Below, in pieces: positions 32,018-43,850 of a stretch of 44,149 nt of DNA. The notes below the pieces were generated by a model that searched no databases, was not told the origin of the DNA, and was given only the letters and a program-made list of their open reading frames with translations. Where the stretch lies: positions 1-44,149 of the forward strand of contig FLMG01004237.1 of assembly GCA_900088475.1 (NCBI GenBank), given 5' to 3'. How positions within the stretch are numbered: the stretch's first letter is position 1; the number at the start of each line of letters is the position of its first letter. The translations under genes were made by a program, and so were the position numbers. The DNA is from Hyphochytrium catenoides. Its lineage: Eukaryota; Protista; Hyphochytriomycota.

Positions 32018-34466
32018 ATGCGGCGGCTAGTGTCAGTAGGCTGCAGGCCCTGGCCGTCGTCCCACTCCTGCAGGACAGTGACGGTCCCGTTTGTGTCTGG
32101 CTGGAGGCCAGCAGAGCGGCGCACAGGAGGCAAAGCTGGCTCTCTGGCATTTGGGACCAAGAGACAAGCTGCAGGACCACTTGCACTCTGGGGACCGTCT
32201 TCTGTTTCTGTTCCATGGCAAGAGAATGAAAGTAGCGCGAAGAACTTATCCAAAGGCTCAAGATCGGCCAGGCGGTCTTTCTATTCTGCCGCTAGCTCAG
32301 GTCTTTACAAGGACTTTTCTTCCTAGAACCTCTTGGCAAGATGCCCTCTTGTCCTCTCTCATGACCTTCCCTTCCTTCAACTACCATACGGTTACCTCAC
32401 AGTCTCGCGCTTACCTGCGGCGTCTCTCCTTCCTTCTTTCACCGCCTGATCCCCTCTTTTCGGTCTCCAGTCGCTCTCAACCTGTTCTTGCTCTACTTCT
32501 CACTCTCCCAGTACTGCTCTTTAAGCTGACGTCTCTCTACCTCTCTGTCTTCCTCATTGAATTCCTGGCTTTCTTCAGAGACGTCCCTGCCTGAACTCCA
32601 TATCACTGTGGAGAAGGAACGCTGTCGCTTCCCTCTCCCCATTCCCCACGAGGGGCAAGAGACGGACCGCATCTTTACTCTCTCTTTCGGTATGATGGAA
32701 AAGGAGGCATTGCCCTTGTGCTCTGATGAGGTTGATGAGAACAATGCTGTGTGAAGCGAGGAGAGAGAAAGAGAAGAGAGAAAGATCAACCATCGAGCCC
32801 AGGATACTTTGAACCGGTTTTAATCTTATCTTCTACTTTCCCAGACACTACCGTACAGCAGATAGTGGAGATGGTGAAGGATGAGGACAAGTCCCTCAAG
32901 TCAGTCGAGTTCTTTCGGGGAGGAGACCAGATCCCGCCCACCACTGAGCTGCAGGACCTTCTTCGCAGCCCGTTTGTCCTCATGGTCAACGGACAGCCTT
33001 TCCTGGTCCACCCGCCGCCCTATCTAGGTACGCATCGAGCGGCATGAAGGGAATAGCNNNTGCAATTATCCGCGTCAGAAAGCTATTAGAAGCAGATCCC
33101 CGATCCAAAATGCGTTACAAGGTCGCCAGTCCCTTACGTTCACCCTATTTGTTGCTTTGTCGTCCGCTGTCTCTCTCGCAACTTTTCAGAGAACCCTAAC
33201 CAAGTCGTCTTCATAGGAGTTCTTAGATCTTTGTCAGGCGAACGGAGTACCGGAAGCCCAAGCTCGAGAACTAAGTCGCTGCTTGCACTCTGCGGGCCTT
33301 GTCCTGCATTTCCACGGGGTACGTGCCCTGAGCCCTATGCCAAATTTTGTGACACAGTATATCTCCCCGTTATTCTGCCGTCCACAGCACCTTGCATCAC
33401 GAATCTTCCCCACCCTTAGCTCTAATGTGCTAAGGCACTCTTAATTCATGCTTTGCGCCTTGTCGTCATCCTCACTGTGACCTCCTTGGCGTTTAGGTGA
33501 AAGACGAACTGCTTCGAAACACTATTTTCTTGAAGCCAGAGGAAGTTATCGACCGCCTATTCAAAGATATGGGCTTGACTTCACCTACTGAACATCTGGC
33601 GAGAGACGAGGTGGGTGAATCGCTCTATGTGCCACTCTCTCTCTCTCTCTCTCAAGAGACTTTCTGAACTCTCCCTTCAGACCTTAGGATACCCTATCTC
33701 GCTTATTCTCTCCCTTATGCGTTGCACGGCTCTGATGTTCCTTCTTGAATCTTTCCGACGAAGGCTGCCCGGAAGCAACAGCATCTGAAGGAGTTGGAGC
33801 TGGAGCTAAACCCTATGCTCGCCCATCAGACACACCTGGACAACATCGCCAGACAGAAGGCGACTAGGCTGATGTGGGGCATGGTAGGAGGTGAGTACCC
33901 TGTGGCTCATCCCCAAATCATTCCCCGCCTTGTGTTCTCTACCTTGGGCAAATTCACTCTCCCAGTTCGCTCCTTTGATAGCTGTTACTTGCTCCAACGC
34001 ACAGTCCTTTTCCAGAGCACTGACCCTTGTGCGACCGGAGGCAAAGCCACCTTCTTGCCGTGTGTTGTCGCCACTAATGCTGTCTTGGCCTTATGGCGTT
34101 CTATCTTCTCTGCGCGTAGGCCTTTTTAGCTTGGGCGGTGTCTACTGGTACCTGACCTTCATCTACTTCTCCTGGGACATTATGGAGCCGGTCACATACT
34201 TCACGGGCGCTTCTCTTTCTCTTCTCTCCTGCGTCTGGTGGACGCTAACCAACCGTGAGTACGAGTATGAGAATATTTATGACTATGCCTTCAGAAGGGC
34301 ACAAGAGAGGGAATACCAGCGCTCGGGACTGGATCAGGAGAAGATCGATGAGCTAAAGAAGGAGGTCGAGCAATGCCAAAGAGAGATTGATACTCTTCGG
34401 CTGAAGAAGCACCATCCTGCCATAGTAGCTGCTTATCTCTCCAGGAAGGGCTTTGGCATCTTATAA
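32018..34466 (+). CDS. MCU: Mitochondrial calcium uniporter MCU (~8-9 exons; alternative short first exon possible at 31791-31810)
   Basis: TM1-WDIMEPVTYF-TM2 (DIME selectivity filter) in the last exon (34120-34466), with flanking coiled coils. N-terminal domain exons at 32579-32689, 32845-33027, 33217-33318, 33497-33610 and 33764-33890. Arg/Ser-rich presequence. Small gap at 33058-33060. Confidence 0.9.
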
Positions 34467-34693
34467 TTAGTATGCAGCCGTTTGATGGATCACAAGGACC
34501 ACCATAGACAAGAGAAGAGGCAGCAGGAGACAAGGGAACAAGGGCCTTTAACCATCTGACCCTAGCCCAACAGCCAAACGTTCAAAGCGTATAGCTACAT
34601 ATGGGTTGACACATTAAATAGCTTAGGATAAGGGGTATTGGCAGGAAGAGAGATAAAGTACATTGCTAAAGTTCTTCACTTGGGTTTCAGTCT

Positions 34694-35880
34694 CTACGTG
34701 ATCGAAGGCAATCTTGACTTGTTGGCTTTGTTGCTGCTAACCACTGACTTTCCTCCCTCTCCACCATTCTTCCCTAGAGTGACATCCCTTCTAGTCTTAG
34801 CTGAGATCGCCTTCTTGGCTGCTATCAGTGAGTTCCTGAGAGTAATGGCGATGCCATGCTGCACGCCGAGATACTGCTCGGCCACCTGGGCACCCTTCTT
34901 ATAGCTCTGCACGCTCTGCTCAAATTTTTTTAGAAACTCGTACTCCGCGCCGATGTTATGGTACGCGATCGCCATCACGGCGATACGATCAGCTTTACTC
35001 TTGAGCGCCTCCTCTGAAGAATTTGGGGCGAGAGCGAGGGCGACAGTAGAAGGACAAGGGAGACAAATGTTATGCAGCCACAGGAGATGAGTTAGGCGTG
35101 GGAAACGTGTACACTGATCAGGCCCATAGAGATATAAGATACGGCAGAGGCACTTCTGCCCAACAGGGAAAATAGTCCTAACCGAGAGACATAGAGAAGA
35201 TCTATGGCTAGCAGGTGCCAAGGTGATAGCATACGAATGGCTACCTTATAAGAGTGAGAGATTGCTCTATAGGTCCGGTCAGTGCCTTTACCTGATAATC
35301 CTCGGCTGAAGAGTTCCTCTTGCAGAAGTATAAGAGCGGACTGAGCATGCTCTAGTGCCTGCTGATGGCGGCCAAGTTGTGAGAGAACAGCGCAGAGATT
35401 CAGATGCGTGTCGGCAACTCCGGTGGCACTTGGCAGCTTGCTTTCAATGCTTAGAGCCTTCGTTAGGCTAGTCAGTGCGCTATTCAGATTTCCCTGTCGA
35501 CGATATAAGCACGCAAAGTTGTTCAGAGTGACGGCCCTTCCCGCCAGATCTCTTTCTGTGAGGATCTCAGCCTTCTTTAGCAGCTCCAGCGTGGTAGCGA
35601 AGTCTTCCTGCTGCAGATAAGTCATCGCTAGAAGGTTGCACATCTCGCCGACGGTCTTGCAGGCACGCCAGACTTCATCGCTGTCCGGACCGAAGAAATG
35701 CTGACGAAGTACCAATCCCCTTTCCATACACTCTAGCGCTGCGGCATAGTTACCCTCCCGCTGCAGTTGAATGCACTTTTCATCGATCTTGTGCAGCACC
35801 GCGATCTCGGAGAGATCTTGCCCGTCTTCATCCTGGGCCTTGACTGATGTAGGACCCACATCTCTCTCCTCCACCGGCAT
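34694..35880 (-). CDS. TPR-repeat protein (kinesin-light-chain-like TPRs; protist ADTHLNLCAVLSQLGRH family), 2 exons
   Basis: Exon 1 35880-35292, intron 35291-35014 (GT-AG), exon 2 35013-34694. TPR motifs TLNNFACLYRRQG, THLNLCAVLSQLGRH and AYHNIGAEYEFL. Confidence 0.85.
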
Positions 35881-36204
35881 CGCAATGGATGGGCCTCCTT
35901 ACGTTCGTCTAGCGTTCCTGCTTCTATCTTGATACCGTCTCAAGAGCGAATTTCCTATAGGCGAGATCAGAGCTAGCCATACACCTTTACTCCATGAAAG
36001 AGCCGTGGTGAGAAACAACAGACAGAGAGGAGGAATGGCCGAGATCTGGAAGTCAGAGGATAGCTTTTGGGTTTGGAGAGCATGTAGGCGGAGGCGGGAA
36101 GTACGAGGAAGAAAGCATGAAAGACAGCAACAGAAGAGAGAGCTGGGGAGAGAGTGGTCACTATCGCATGACACGAGTGCCGATCAGGAGAGCACGCAGC
36201 TCTG

Positions 36205-36812
36205 GATAAGAGAGAAGAGAGGGAGACAGAGACAGAGACAGAGACAGAGAGAGAGACAGAGAAAGACTGAGAGAAAGAGAGAGAAAGAGAGAGAGAGAGA
36301 GAGCAGAGAGATTACCTAGGAAAGAGAAGAGACTACTTTTCTTCTTCATCGGGCCTCTTCTGTTCTACATTCTGAAGCCCTGGAAGCGGCTGGTCTGGGA
36401 GCAGGAAATGCCCCACAAGTAACGGATGACTCAGATTATAAACGAGTCTCTAGTAGGTTCTTAATAATGCTTATTCTAAAGGTCTTATCGGTAATACAAA
36501 TTATAGCTATCACGGTTAACCCTAACTCTCCATAGGAAGGCGTTGATACATCCAGCAGTACTGGAGGGATGGCCTAACCTGGATTACTTGCAGATCCTCT
36601 TGGGCTATTTGGGTGTGACCTTTGGCTTTTTGGGTCCGTTGTTTCTGTAGCTTCTCCCTCCTTTATTATGGCTTTTGCCTTGTCTCCTGTCTCTGTCTCT
36701 CTTTCACTCTGTCTCTCTCTTTCTGTCTCTTTCTCTCTCTCTTCGGTCAATCTTTCTGTCATTCTCTCTCTCTCTCCCTCTCTCTTTTCCTCTCTCTCTC
36801 TCCCTCTCTCTC

Positions 36813-36860
<48 letters not shown>

Positions 36861-37083
36861 TCTTTCTCTTCTTTAGCTAACTCTTTGTCTCTGTTTGTCT
36901 AGTTTTTCGCACTCTTCCTCTCTCTCCCTTCCTCCTCCCTCTCTTTTTCCTCTTTCTTGTTGCTTTCTCCGTGCGTTTGCTCATCTGGCGATCCCTTTGA
37001 CCTTCTTTTCATCTGCCTCTCTCTGGCGCTTGGTCTTCATCCCCTCGCTCCTCTTCCCTCTTCGCACTCTCTCTCTCTCCCAG
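36205..37083. repeat. (GA)n tract (36205-36330) then (CT)n tracts (36680-37083) in the divergent TPR/WD40 intergenic region
   Basis: Direct sequence. Confidence 0.9.
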
Positions 37084-37251
37084 GTCAGTAAGGTGCCCAT
37101 TGTCCTTCTGGCCGTCTTCCCTTTGTCTCGGCACAGCCAGATCGCTCGCTCTATCCAAAGCAGTCAACGACTGTTTGGATCCTGCTACCACTTCTACTTT
37201 CCAGCTTGCCTACGGGCCCACGCCTGGCACGCTCCCGACCTAGGTGCCAAC

Positions 37252-39557
37252 ATGATCAAGAGACTCGCGCCCAGCGTCACCATCAGGTCAGAAATATGAG
37301 GACAGGCAGCTTTGACAGCGATCCTCCTAACGCCAAGCTCTAACTATCCTGTCATACTTTTGTCGTTCTTTCCTCGGGCAGTGACAACTCCTCAGAGGTG
37401 TTCTGCACCCGATTCTCCACAGATGGCAAGCTGCTGGCGGCTGGCTGCAATGATGGGACAGTGAAGGTAAGGCGCCAAGGCAATCTACAGCCAACACGGC
37501 ATGAACAACTTCAGGAACTCCGTGCCAATGCTTAAAGGAGCTTTCTGTGCCTGGCTGTAGGTCTACAATGTGCAGACTGGGAAGCTTTCGTACACGCTGC
37601 CAACGTCCAATGGCCTCGGAGTCGCACTGCCAGTGACAGGGCTGCGCTTCCGTCCCTTCGCCGCTAACTCAAAGACAAAGAATGTACTTCTTGCAGTCAG
37701 TAAGTAGCTGGAAGAGCACGATCGGAGAGAGAGAGGAAAACGATTGAACTGACAGAAGAAGAATGAAGAGAGAAAATGAGGCCATAAGATGAACGAGAGG
37801 GACGGAGTAGCTGGGATAGCTTCTGCTCGCCTTTCTTTCCCTTCTACTGGCACCATAGCTCACCCGTTTTGGCATCAGATGCTGAGGGCGGAGTGCAACA
37901 CTGGCACGTGACCTCCAGCAAGCAGCTGCATTCCATCCAGGAGCAAGACAACCAGGTCTATGCCGTGGACTATAAGCAGGACGGGACAGAGTTTGCGACA
38001 GCTGGGAAGGACTGTGCTGTGAGGATCTACGATGAGGCGACGAAGACGGTGAAGGTCCGAATGAAGGGCGGGTAAGCCAGTTCACCGTTCTCCCTTGCAC
38101 TTTATACTCTCCCCCTCCTGCCCATCTAGACATCTTGCTCTCTCCTCTCTTAACACATTGTCCTATGTCTCACACTCCTTTGTTGAACCCACGTCTTTGG
38201 TGAAGCATGGGCAGCCAAACCTCCGGGCACTCGAATCGCGTCTTCTCTCTCAAGTTTGTACCTCAGGATCCGCACATGCTCATCTCCGGCGGCTGGGATA
38301 ACACTGTGCAGGTGAGGCACAGAATCAGGGCACTGCGGGGCCCGTCACCATCGGCCTGGTCCTCACCCTCAGCCTCTTGATCGCCATTTGTCTCTCCTAA
38401 CTGTTGCACTTGGTTCTCTTCCTTCTGTTGCACTTGGTTCTCTTCCTTCTTCACCATCCGCTCTCACGTTTGCTTCTGTTGGAACCCCACAGTTCTGGGA
38501 CACGCGCATTGGCTTGTCTGTGCGTTCAATATATGGTCCGCATATCTGCGGGGATTCGCTCGACATCTGCGGGAACGNNNNNNNNNNNNNNNNNNNNNNN
38601 NNNNNNNNNNNNNNNNNNNNNNNNNNNNNNNNNNNNNNNNNNNNNNNNNNNNNNNNNNNNNNNNNNNNNNCTCTTTCTCTCTCTCTCCCCACTTCTTTTC
38701 CTCAGGTTTGGACCACTGGAAGGTAGTTTTTAGGCTGGAGTGGAACTAACACTAACGCGACCTGTTCAGGTCTGGGACTACTCTACTGGCAAGCGGATTG
38801 AGACGGTTCAATGGCACCAGAGTGCACTCAAGGGCGATCCATGCATGCTTTACGCCGCACAGTTCAGTGAGGTCAGTTTAAGTGAATGAGGATAAGGTCG
38901 CTATCCCGACATTAGTCAAACGCTTCTCATCGCTCTTGGTCTCTCCCTGTCATGTCTGCGTCTTAAGGGTGATGGCAAGATGATTGCTGCTGGAGGAAGT
39001 GGTGCCAATGAAGCCAAGGTATTTGACCACACGCGGAACAACAAGGTACGAGACCCAGCGCCTTACGAAGTCGGCCTGCTTCTTTAGCGCTTGTGCCTCT
39101 AACAGCTTCCATCTGTGCTTGCTTCGGCTTCGCCATGCTTGCGTAGCTTATTGGCACTGTTGCCGGACTTCAGCGTGGGATCTTTACTCTAGACTGGAGC
39201 CCAGACAACAGCAAGCTTGCAGTGGCAGGCGGGGATGGGATGCTGCGTCTCATTGATGTGTACGATGCTAGGCCCGGAGAGTCAGGATTGGATAGACCCA
39301 CCACTCCTTCGATCAGGTCAGCCCTGCCTTCAGGCGTGCACTGGGGCTTCTCTTTACCTTCTTTCTTCCCTATCGCGGCGTTTCCTTTCTCCATTGCGAC
39401 TTGTACCCTCCTCTGCCATAGACCTTATCTTTAGCTAGCAATCCTTCCAAGGGTGTCTCTCTTGTCCTCCCCATCCTTCAAGGTCTCTCTCCAAGGAACT
39501 CACATCGCCTTCTTCTGCTACAGAAATGCGCCAACTGACTTGGCTACACCGCGTTGA
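37252..39557 (+). CDS. WD40 repeat beta-propeller protein, ~10-11 exons (gap at 38578-38670)
   Basis: Spliced motifs EVFCTRFSTDGKLLAAGCNDGTVKVY, FATAGKDCAVRIYD, GHSNRVFSLKF...SGGWDNTVQFWD, GPHICGDSLD and LAVAGGDGMLRLID. The final short exon (39524-39557) is tentative. Confidence 0.85.
38401..38448. repeat. Perfect 24-bp tandem duplication inside a WD40 intron
   Basis: CTGTTGCACTTGGTTCTCTTCCTT x2. Confidence 0.9.
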
Positions 39558-39880
39558 ACGCGTCAAAGAGCACTTTCTTCTCCACTGACACTTCGTTATT
39601 AGCCGTACATAATAGTATATTCTATGGCCCTCAGGTGCCCTGATTGGCTCGTGTAAAGGCGCTCTTCATTCTTCTTCTCTCTCTTATGATCTCTCCTACC
39701 GCGTGGGCTCAAGAGGTGAAAGTTCCTTTAAAGCTCAATCTTCCTTTCCCCTCCTTTCCCATAGCGCACCGCTTACTTCGTCTATAGCCACTGATGCCGT
39801 GCCGATGTCTCTATCTCTCACCTCTCTTGTTCTGCCTCTCTCCGTGTCCGTCCAAGGCCTTCATCTACCTAGATCCTTTT

Positions 39881-41080
39881 CTATTTGGCAATTTGTCCAC
39901 ACGCGTCGATGCGGACCACTCTAGATGTCTCTCCAGTCCTGGAGCCCACCTTCTCAATGGCCTGCACCACGTCGTAGCCGCTGAGGACTTGGCCGAAGAC
40001 GACATGTCGGCCGTCCAAGTGTGGGGTGGGTGCCGTGCAAATAAAGAATTGACTGCCGTTGGTGTGCGGACCAGCATTGGCCATGGAAAGGCAGCCAGGG
40101 CCAGTGTGCTGAGAATGGCAGGATGACGCACATTTTAAAGAAAGAATATAGAGACAAAGACCATCGACGCCAAAAGGAAGTGAGAGAAAAAGAAGGAACA
40201 GAGAGAGTTAGAGAGAGAGGGACCGCAAAATAGTGCCTAAGAAGAGACAGCAGACAGCAACGAGCCTAAACAAATGCCACCAAGAGAAGGAGCGCCGGAC
40301 TAGAACCTAGGGATAAAGCAGGAAATCTTAGGGAAAGGACTGTCAAGCACTTTAATCAGGCAAAGCAAGAGCTTGACCTTACCTTTCCAGACTTTTCATT
40401 GAACACTTCGTCCTCAAAACGAGGTCCGTATATGGACTCCCCGCCAGTCCCGTCTGGGCCATTGTAGAGAAGAATTTCGTGGCAGGAGGAGATACAGAGC
40501 AGGCAGGAGAAAGGGCATGGGGAGGGAGGAGAGGACCGAAGAGAAAAGAAAGATGTGAGCGAGGAAGGTTTGGTCCACGAGAGAGACTGCGGCCAGCAGA
40601 GAGGCAGAAAGGAGAATGTCCATCACGAGCAAGAAAGACAGTGCGTCAATGCTTGCACTCACTCATGTTGGTGAAGTCTCCTCCTTGGATCATAAAGCCC
40701 GGGATCACGCGGTGGAAGGGGCAGCCTCGGAAGTGCAGAGGCTTGCCCGAACTCTTGCTGACGCCCTTCTCACCTGCAAGCCAAGGCCAGTAAGTCTCAG
40801 CTCTCGATGCAAAGAGTCTCCTCCTTCCTACACCGCCTCACCACACTCTTTCTCTCTGTCTCTCTCTCTCTCTCACTCACAGGCACACCACTGTGCTCTG
40901 CTCCTGTCCCTCTGACCTACCGGTACATAAAGCTCTGAAGTTCTCCGCAGTTTTAGGCACGACATCGGCATAGAGTTCCAGCGTTATCCTCCCAGACGGG
41001 GCACCACCAATGGAAATATCTAGGAAAACCACGGGGTTGGAAGGATCCTGCTTCACCTTCGGCGTGTAGGAGGCGGCCAT
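39881..41080 (-). CDS. Single-domain cyclophilin (peptidyl-prolyl cis-trans isomerase), 4 exons
   Basis: [59 protein letters not shown] and [10 protein letters not shown], joined across GT-AG introns. Confidence 0.95.
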
Positions 41081-41257
41081 GGCCTCGATCTGTAGATGCT
41101 TTCCTCGAGGTGGGATGGAGCAAGACCAAGTCTGTCTTTGGGCTGCGACGCTGGTGTGGAGAAGGCTTGTAAGGCCTTAGCATTATGCATAGAACCACCA
41201 AAGATAGGTGCGGAGCAGCAACCGCTGCGGAACTTATACACAGGACATCTAAAGACA

Positions 41258-41680
41258 GGGGAGGAGAGAGAAAGAGAAAAGAAAGAGAGAGAGAGAGAGA
41301 GAGAGNNNNNNNNNNNNNNNNNNAGAGAGAGAGAGAGAGAGAGAGAGGTAAGTGAAAGATGAAGGGTTCACTGCTTCTGATGTGACAGGAGGGAAGGGGG
41401 AGGAAACTTCAAGATCTTCCTCTGACATCACAAGCGCTGTGTTCGGAATAGCCCGACCAGGACGAGACTTATTATCGATCAGTATGTACAAATTCTCAAG
41501 TGACTCCACGCTGAATGAGAACGGAAGAGACAGAGGAAGAGGTGTGAGAAGTTGCAGGGGGAGAAACACAGAGACAGAGAGAGAGAGACAAGAGACAGAG
41601 AGAGAGAGCAAGAGAAGGACAGAGAGAGCGACAGAGACAGAGAGAGGGACACAGAGAGATAGAGAGAGGAAGACAGAGGC

Positions 41681-41724
<44 letters not shown>

Positions 41725-42019
41725 ATGAGATTGTCCTGAAGAAGTGGCGGGAATTTTTGACTCAAAAAGTGTGTGGCCCACCATCACAGTTCTCTTCTCC
41801 CCCGCCACACTGTGACACTGACGAGAGAGCAAGCCGAGAGAGAGAGCTCTGTTTCCTCCTCTGATGGCTTTAGAATAAGGGGTAGAAGTTTCCTAGAGGT
41901 AGGCAGGCCCTCTGCTTGCTCTCTTGGTCTCTTCCTTTCCTGCAGAGGCACTCACTCTCACATTCCTGCCTCTTTGAGGATATTCCTTTCTTTCTCTCTC
42001 GCTCGCTCTCTCTCTCTCG

Positions 42020-42067
<48 letters not shown>

Positions 42068-42190
42068 TTCTTTCTTTCTCTCCCCCACTCTCTCTCATTT
42101 TCTTTCTTTCTCTCTCTCTCTTTTGTCCACGGGCGGATGCGATCTTCTCTGCATCCTCTCGGCCGCACTTTCCTTTCCTCTCTCTCGCCG
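41258..42190. repeat. (GA)n tracts (41258-41730) then (CT)n tracts (41985-42190) in the divergent cyclophilin/UNG intergenic region
   Basis: Direct sequence; includes an N gap. Confidence 0.9.
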
Positions 42191-43850
42191 CCCTTGATGT
42201 CTCAACAGCAGCCAGCAGCCGGCGCGGTCGTCGTCCTGCGGCGAAGTATGAGAAAGTCAAAGACAATCGTCAGCTATTTTTCCTCTCAAGTGACCGAGAA
42301 GGACGGAGAGAGACAGGTGAAGCGGCACAAGACAGTGGTGGAGGAGAGAGAGGCCGTCGTGAAAGAAGAGACAGAGAACCAGCGACCGGTAGAAAACGAT
42401 GGGGAGGGAGAGAAAGGAAAGACATCTTCTTTTGATGACCTGGAGCACTCTCTGCACGAGTCCTGGCGGGAGGTGCTAGAGAAGGAGCTGTCTGGGCCCA
42501 GTTTCAAGAGACTAAAAGCTTTCCTGGCAGCAGAGGAGAGAAGGTTGGCTATTTATGTCTCTCTAGCCTTGCTTCTGTCTTGTCTTTCTCTCTTTCCTGT
42601 CACTCTCTCTCTCTGTTGTCTGTCTCAAAACTTTCTATGAGGTTTATCCCTATCAATCTTCCTTTGATCAATGTCCCCTTCACTCACACCCTCTCTCTCT
42701 CTCTCTCTCTCTTTATCTCTCTCCTCGGCGGCGCAATATGTCAAGCAGGAAGAAGGTTCTGTTTCCGCCGAGGGAGAACATCTTTCATGCCTTCTCTTCC
42801 TGTCCCTTCGACGACGTTAAAGTCGTGGTCCTTGGTCAGGATCCCTATCATGGCCCAGGGCAGGCGCACGGCATGGCTTTCTCCGTACAGCGCGGCGTTC
42901 CGCCTCCTCCAAGCTTGAGAAACATGTTTAAGGAGGCAATGGCAGATGTCGGCATCAAGCCGCCGCAGCACGGCTGCCTAGAGAGCTGGAGCAAGCAGGT
43001 AAAGTGTGACCATGAAAGAGTTCGAGGGCCAGAGGGACCACGCTCTCTCTGAAAACCCCAAGCCTCCAGGAAGCCATCGCGTAGGAAATTGAGAGAAGAG
43101 ACATAGCCCAGGGTCTGGGACATTCACCAACGGGGAGAGGGAAAGATTTAAGGGTAGAGAGAGGAAGAGAGAGAGAGTAAAGAGGTCTACCAGGGGGCCA
43201 CCGTGGTGTCAATTGTCTTATCATCTGGTTTAATGCTCTTGAACTTTACTACTTTTTGGCTTAACGCAGGGCGTCCTGCTGCTAAACACGGTGCTGACGG
43301 TGCGGAGAGGCGAGCCGAACTCCCATAAGAACCAAGGCTGGGAGGAGTTCACGGCGGCGGTGCTCAGGGCCATTAACAAGCAAAAGGAAGGAGTAGTTTT
43401 TTTGCTGTGGGGCAAGCCTGCACAGGTGTGACGGCTGCTTTCCGAAGTATATAATGGCTGTCAAAGGAACGGTTGGAAGAAGGAAGAGAAGGACGAGGAG
43501 CAGACCTCATAGGGCACTCATCCGAAGCCAATTGGGCAAGAGAGACGAGAGGGAGAGAGAGAGAGAGAGAAACAGGGAGAGAATCGGATAGAGAGAGTGA
43601 GCACGTCATTCCTTCTGTTTTTAGTGCTCTCTTTCGAAGTCTAATATCTGTTGCTTTTTTGTGGTGCTCTGGGCAGGCTCGGGGAGCGGTGTTAGACCGG
43701 AAGAAGCATCACATCATTACCTCCTCGCACCCGAGTCCTCTAGGCGCCATGCAGACCAACGAGCCTTTTCTAGGTTCTCGGTGCTTCTCCAGAGTCAACG
43801 AGTATCTCAGCAACAAAGGGCTTGAGCCGGTTGATTGGAACTTGGACTAG
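42137..43850 (+). CDS. UNG: Family-1 uracil-DNA glycosylase, 4 exons (start at 42137, 42197 or 42248)
   Basis: Exons ending 42543, then 42749-42998, 43270-43425 and 43677-43850. Motifs [30 protein letters not shown] and HPSPLG. Confidence 0.95.

Noticed and set aside
41375-41435. Weak inverted repeat TGATGTGACAGGA / TCCTCTGACATCA as a possible ncRNA
   Set aside because: Only about 11/13 complementary, with no convincing snoRNA box arrangement or other RNA-family signature.
36005-42435. Numerous ER-rich / SL-rich ORFs (e.g. 36622-36902, 41352-41864, 41773-42435)
   Set aside because: Artefacts of stop-free (GA)n/(CT)n microsatellites.
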